Shown piece by piece: positions 55,079 through 59,307 of a stretch of DNA of 59,307 nt. The DNA is taken from positions 1-59,307 of the IMG/VR virus record IMGVR_UViG_3300017766_003746; one strand, written 5' to 3'. The stretch comes from a virus. Taxonomy: Duplodnaviria; Caudoviricetes. The first letter of the stretch is position 1; each line of letters opens with the position of its first letter. Position numbers and translations under genes: made by a program. Below the pieces are notes generated by a model, which was not told the DNA's origin, searched no databases, and saw only the letters and a list, made by a program, of their open reading frames with translations.

Positions 55079-55094
55079 TGCGAAAATTTTCGCA
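55079..55094. repeat. Palindrome A copy 15 (abuts a stop codon)
   Basis: TGCGAAAATTTTCGCA. Confidence 0.95.
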
Positions 55095-55160
55095 CGAAAA
55101 AGAAAAGTGCCGAAAAAGGCACAAAAGGGATTGACACAATCACCGGGGCCGGTTATTGAT
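55079..55160 (+). promoter_or_regulatory. Composite early promoter: A, 12 bp, motif B (55107-55122), then TTGACA-N17-TATTGA
   Basis: Consensus -35 at 55131-55136 with an A-rich upstream region. Confidence 0.75.
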
Positions 55161-55169
55161 TGCGCCGTG

Positions 55170-55406
55170 ATGAGTGCAACGACGACACCCGACCCGGCAA
55201 AAGCAGCGGCACAGCAGGCCGCCAAAAAGGCATTGGAACTGATCGAGCAAGCCCAAACGCTGCTTTACCAAGCCGCGCAAGTTGCGTGCCCCCTGCAAGG
55301 GTGGGCCGACCAGTGGACTTTGATCGGCGACCACGCCGACGCCACCAAGGCGCTTTGGCACCGGGTGAACGATGCTCCACGACCGATTGGACACGACGGT
55401 TTTTGA
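55170..55406 (+). CDS. Hypothetical protein (first early gene)
   Basis: ATG about 10 nt after the -10. Confidence 0.65.
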   Translation: MSATTTPDPAKAAAQQAAKKALELIEQAQTLLYQAAQVACPLQGWADQWTLIGDHADATKALWHRVNDAPRPIGHDGF

Positions 55407-55482
55407 TTTCCCCAACCACCCCCCGGAACAAAGCCCGGGCGTGCCAGCCCCCCGAACACGCCCGGGCAACTCCTTTCCCACG

Positions 55483-55743
55483 ATGAAGACCACCCCGACA
55501 GTTGCCCAAGCCGAAGCCATGCTGATGGCACAGGAAAGCGGCACCGACACCCTGAACCGCCATCAAGGCGGATTGTGGGCACCACCCACGGCGCTGCTGG
55601 ACGGCACCGGGCAGCCCGTCGAGCACTGCGGCACGCCCACGGTGCTGGCGATGATCCGCAAGGGGCTGGTGCACGTGACGGCGACCAGCCGCAACCGCCT
55701 CGGGGAATTCCCCACCCAAGTGAAGCTGACCCCTCTCCCGTAA
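55483..55743 (+). CDS. Hypothetical protein
   Basis: ATG after a hairpin leader. Confidence 0.6.
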   Translation: MKTTPTVAQAEAMLMAQESGTDTLNRHQGGLWAPPTALLDGTGQPVEHCGTPTVLAMIRKGLVHVTATSRNRLGEFPTQVKLTPLP

Positions 55744-55750
55744 ACCAACA

Positions 55751-56419
55751 ATGAAAACGCACCAACAAATGCAAGAAGCCACCCTGATGGAAAACCCACT
55801 GGTGGCACTCCAAACCCGAGACGAAAACGGCGGCCGGAACGCTTGGCGAACCGACCGCGTGTTTATTGACGACGACGAAGCCGAGGCTTTCCTCGCGCCC
55901 CAGCGGCACCGATACCCGGAAGCCGACAAGGACGTGAACTGGAAGCTTTACGCCATCCCCGCAGCGGGATCGCTGGCCACCATCGTGAAGGAAGCCCGCG
56001 ACGAAGCGGAAGCCGCCGCCAACTTCGAAGCCGAAACCGAAGGCATGGAAGTGGAAGTGGCCACGCCCGTGGCGGTGATCGGTAGCGGTGGCCGTGTGGC
56101 CGTGCCCGCTGAAGGCCAGCAGCCGGATCCGTTCGACCGCCAGCCCGAAGAAACGCCGAAGGCCCCCGAGTTTTCGGCGGATGACCGCGGCAACGTCGTG
56201 GACTTCTACGACGCCGAAGGCGAGCCGGTGGGCAAGATCGACCGCGAAGCCGAAGTGGACGGCGTGCCCGACCGCAAGACGTTCGAAGCCTACCACAGCG
56301 CGGAAGCCCTCGAGGCATGGATGCGTGCCAACGGCTACGGCGAAGAGCTGGACGAAATCCGCGCCGGATACCCGAAGGCCGAGCCCACCGAAGGCACCGA
56401 AGCCGCCCCCCAAGGCTGA
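55751..56419 (+). CDS. Acidic hypothetical protein
   Basis: E/D-rich 222-aa ORF. Confidence 0.7.
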   Translation: MKTHQQMQEATLMENPLVALQTRDENGGRNAWRTDRVFIDDDEAEAFLAPQRHRYPEADKDVNWKLYAIPAAGSLATIVKEARDEAEAAANFEAETEGMEVEVATPVAVIGSGGRVAVPAEGQQPDPFDRQPEETPKAPEFSADDRGNVVDFYDAEGEPVGKIDREAEVDGVPDRKTFEAYHSAEALEAWMRANGYGEELDEIRAGYPKAEPTEGTEAAPQG

Positions 56420-56482
56420 ACCCAAACCCGCCCGGCGGCGTGATCCCCCCGCAGCGCCGCCGGGCAACCCCTTTCCCAACCG

Positions 56483-57328
56483 ATGACACCGACGACAACA
56501 CCGCAAGACCTGGTGCAACACCCAGCGAACCGCCGCGACCCACGCGACATCACGTTTCCCGTGAAATTCCGCAACACCTACCCGGGCAAGTGCGGGGGAT
56601 TCTACGCATGGGTCAAGGAACTGGCCCAAACCCTGACCGAAGCCACGCCACCCGACCGCACGGGGATCCTTCAGCACCATGGCTTTTGGCATTTCAACTG
56701 GCGGGGACTGACCGTGCGCATCGCGCCGCACCAGCAGCCCGGCACCATGGTGGTGGTGCTTGAACGCAACCTGAAGCGCCCCGAGTGGAAGCAAGCCCAC
56801 GGGCGCACCACTGGCGGGGGATTCAAAGCCCGCACGTGGAAGCGCCTGCAGGCGGCCACGGCGCTGGCGTTCAATTCGCAGATTTACACCCGCGCCAACG
56901 GCGAAGACGGGAACAACAACACCAGCATCATGATTTCCGCGCCGGCCGCGCTGCGATGGATGGAAGGCCTTGTGGCCAACTACCGGGCGGTCCCCAACTG
57001 CTTCAAGATGACCGACGACGAAAAGGCCCGACTGAAGGCCGTCGACGAATGGGCCCGCGGCGTTTCCGAAGTGGTGAACCGCCGGTGCCGCCCACCCTAT
57101 GCCGAGTATCACCGGATCGACGCCGCCACCGCCGAAGTGGGAGCTGGCCCGCTGAAAGGCGAGACGATCACCATCAAGGGCCGGATTTTCAACCCGGCCG
57201 ACTACCCGGCCGACCAAAGGGCCGATGCCTTCCAAGCCGCCATCACGCGGATTTTCAACACCGCCGAAACCTACTTCCCCGAAGGCAAGCAGATCGGCAT
57301 CACCCTGACCCCAAGCCCCGAGAAATGA
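56483..57328 (+). CDS. Hypothetical protein
   Basis: 281-aa ORF after a hairpin leader. Confidence 0.7.
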   Translation: MTPTTTPQDLVQHPANRRDPRDITFPVKFRNTYPGKCGGFYAWVKELAQTLTEATPPDRTGILQHHGFWHFNWRGLTVRIAPHQQPGTMVVVLERNLKRPEWKQAHGRTTGGGFKARTWKRLQAATALAFNSQIYTRANGEDGNNNTSIMISAPAALRWMEGLVANYRAVPNCFKMTDDEKARLKAVDEWARGVSEVVNRRCRPPYAEYHRIDAATAEVGAGPLKGETITIKGRIFNPADYPADQRADAFQAAITRIFNTAETYFPEGKQIGITLTPSPEK

Positions 57329-58185
57329 CCACGACCACACCAGACATCCAAGCCGAAGCATTCAACGCCAGGGTGAAGCCCGGCGAGTGGATCCGCTACC
57401 GCGAAATCAAGGGCGAAGGCCCCGGCAAACTCTACAAGACCCGGGCGCAAGCCTACGTGATGAGCGGCCACAGCGCCGTGGTGCACCTGCATGGCAAAAG
57501 CGGGTGCGTGCACGTCGACCACTGCGACTTCGTGCAAGATCAGGAAGCCGCGGCACAGCACGCCATTCAGGAGCTGGCCAAGGCCGCAGCCGAAGGGAAG
57601 CCCGCACCGATTGCCGCCAACACGATGAAGGCCAGAACCTACCAACTTCCGCCACCGCTTTACATTGGCGGCGAATTCAGAAGAGACGGCAATCTGATTT
57701 ACAACCTGCAAGAGACGGGCGACCCGAGGCACCCATACGAAAACGACGTCACGCTGAACGTGGTGGCACACCACCTGCCACGGGAAACGCAAGACGCCAT
57801 TGTCGATTCCATGGTGAACGCTGCAAACGCTGCATTTTGCCCAAGTGCTGCAAAGCACCCAGCCGACTACCTACTTGCCAGCGTGAAGCACTCGAACACC
57901 GGCGACCCGCTGGTGGCATGGTGGCGACCCGAGGGGCGCGGATACACCACCAGACTTTCGGAAGCTGGCACCTTCACCCATTCGGAAGCACTGGGCCACG
58001 AATACAGCAGCAACGCCACCGTTGCCATACGACTGAGCGACCTCGGGCACAGGATGGCAATCAACAGCGAAACCGACCCTGAAGCCGACGGGGATCAATA
58101 CCCATTCACGGGAAGCAACAAAAGGTTTCTGGAAACCCTGCTGGCTAATAGCTGCGAACGAAGGGGAATCAAGCCATGCCTTTGA
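57325..58185 (+). CDS. Hypothetical multi-module protein
   Basis: ATGA overlap; FNARVKPG..TRAQAYVMSGHSAVV and WWRPEGRGYTTRLSEAG modules. Confidence 0.7.
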   Translation: MTTTTPDIQAEAFNARVKPGEWIRYREIKGEGPGKLYKTRAQAYVMSGHSAVVHLHGKSGCVHVDHCDFVQDQEAAAQHAIQELAKAAAEGKPAPIAANTMKARTYQLPPPLYIGGEFRRDGNLIYNLQETGDPRHPYENDVTLNVVAHHLPRETQDAIVDSMVNAANAAFCPSAAKHPADYLLASVKHSNTGDPLVAWWRPEGRGYTTRLSEAGTFTHSEALGHEYSSNATVAIRLSDLGHRMAINSETDPEADGDQYPFTGSNKRFLETLLANSCERRGIKPCL

Positions 58186-58225
58186 AACAAACGGCCGAGC
58201 CACCGGCCGCGAAAACGCCCGACCC

Positions 58226-58564
58226 ATGATCACCTTCGAAGACGGTCCCGCCAAGGGTGAAGCCCTGACACTGGCACGCGCCCCGTTCCTGCTTCGCGTG
58301 GTGATCGATGCCGACGGCAAGGTCGATGGGCTGGACCAACTGACCGACAAACCCAGCGCCACCGAAGCCGTGCACGTTTACCGCCGCATCGGCAGCGCGG
58401 GCACCGCCCACGTGGACCGACGCGACCCCAAGACAGGACGCCGCACGGGCCATTGGATGGCCTTCGCGAAATACCGCCTCGCACGGATCCAACCCGACGA
58501 CCACGCCGCCAGGCACACCGACGCATGGCAGCAGTGGGCAACCACCAACGCCAAAAACGCATGA
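58226..58564 (+). CDS. Hypothetical protein
   Basis: F.DGPA.G N-terminus; ATGA overlap with the next gene. Confidence 0.65.
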   Translation: MITFEDGPAKGEALTLARAPFLLRVVIDADGKVDGLDQLTDKPSATEAVHVYRRIGSAGTAHVDRRDPKTGRRTGHWMAFAKYRLARIQPDDHAARHTDAWQQWATTNAKNA

Positions 58565-58944
58565 AGCCAAGACGCATTCAACTGCAACGCCGCAAGGGCT
58601 GGAAGAAACCCGAAAACACCGTGGTGGTTTCCCGCCCGAGCCAGTGGGGCAACCCCTACGTGGCAGAGCCCGCACCGGCCGGTGGCTGGCTGGTGGCCGT
58701 CGTGGGCGACCGCAAGACCGACGCCCGGGTGAATGACATCGCCCGGGAGATAAACGCCACAGCACCGTGGCCGAGCCGCGCCGCAGCCGTTCGAGCGGCC
58801 GTCGAGGCCTTCCGACGCTACCACGACAACGAACTTTCCCGCCAAAGTGCGCGGAAACACCTCGGCGGGTGCAACCTCGCATGCTGGTGCCCCATGGGCA
58901 GCCCGTGCCACGCCGACGTGCTGCTGAAAATCGCCAACGACTGA
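58561..58944 (+). CDS. DUF4326 family protein
   Basis: V.RPSQWGNPY..L.G.NLACWC..CHADVLL. Confidence 0.85.
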   Translation: MKPRRIQLQRRKGWKKPENTVVVSRPSQWGNPYVAEPAPAGGWLVAVVGDRKTDARVNDIAREINATAPWPSRAAAVRAAVEAFRRYHDNELSRQSARKHLGGCNLACWCPMGSPCHADVLLKIAND

Positions 58945-58955
58945 ACTCCAACGAC

Positions 58956-59294
58956 ATGCAGAAAACGCCCATTATTCCGAAACGCACCACAGGCCGAATT
59001 CCCCGAGCCGCTGGCGGTAGAAATGCAGGCCGCCTGGCCGCCGCAGAAATTCCGGCCGCCCCGAAGCCCGCGCCGACCATCTGGCCGGATGGGGGGATTG
59101 GCCACCCCTGCGGGCACGAAAGCAGTTTCTTCGACGGGTGCCGAGCCACCGACGTTTTCGGCTGCCCGACTTGCGGGCTCCGCTGGCGGGTGGTGACCGG
59201 CCCGCCGATTCTTCACCCGAGCGGCTGGGTTGAGCCAGGCAAGCGCACCGTGGTGATCGACGAACAAATGGACCTCCCGAGACTTTCCCCATGA
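58956..59294 (+). CDS. Hypothetical Zn-ribbon protein (3' end duplicated at 1-110)
   Basis: PCGH..CPTCG; ATGA overlap with the ORF starting at 107. Confidence 0.6.
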   Translation: MQKTPIIPKRTTGRIPRAAGGRNAGRLAAAEIPAAPKPAPTIWPDGGIGHPCGHESSFFDGCRATDVFGCPTCGLRWRVVTGPPILHPSGWVEPGKRTVVIDEQMDLPRLSP

Positions 59295-59307
59295 ACACCG
59301 ACCGACC
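59185..59307 (+). repeat. Terminal direct repeat, right copy
   Basis: Identical to 1-123. Confidence 0.95.

Noticed and set aside
201-55094. Palindrome A copies read as a CRISPR array or transposon ends
   Set aside because: Copies are hundreds to thousands of bases apart and often intragenic; no transposase or target duplications seen

Overview
Apparently complete, circularly permuted genome of a GC-rich tailed dsDNA phage with a siphovirus-type tail. It is about 59,184 bp once the 123-bp terminal duplication (1-123 = 59185-59307) is removed. All of the roughly 78 credible genes are on the + strand. Gene order: two DNA methyltransferases; TerS/TerL; a 6-kb accessory block (HNH, ASCH, SEC-C, MmcB-like, SSB, DnaA-domain-IV-like HTH); portal; a 1533-aa MuF protein carrying a kinase-like effector domain; scaffold, tRNA-CAT and major capsid; neck, tail and GTA-like tail-tip genes; lysis cassette; replication/recombination block (OB-fold, Rad50/SbcC-like, UvrD, initiator with iterons, DnaC-like, KH-domain, RecU-like, ParB-like, SF2 helicase); small early ORFs. 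I recognised no integrase, CI-type repressor or DNA polymerase. The lipoprotein spanin implies a diderm host, and non-Shine-Dalgarno leaders hint at Verrucomicrobiota/PVC (inference). Three non-coding signals stand out. (i) Fifteen genome-wide copies of the 16-bp palindrome TGCG[A/C]AAATTTTCGCA, which at three promoters sit exactly 12 bp from a second dyad motif. (ii) Two solitary type I-C CRISPR-repeat-like units (45857-45887 and 52270-52300) with no cas genes. (iii) Several structured intergenic RNA candidates. All protein calls come from motif recognition by eye, not database searches, and many starts were moved to the most plausible ATG.
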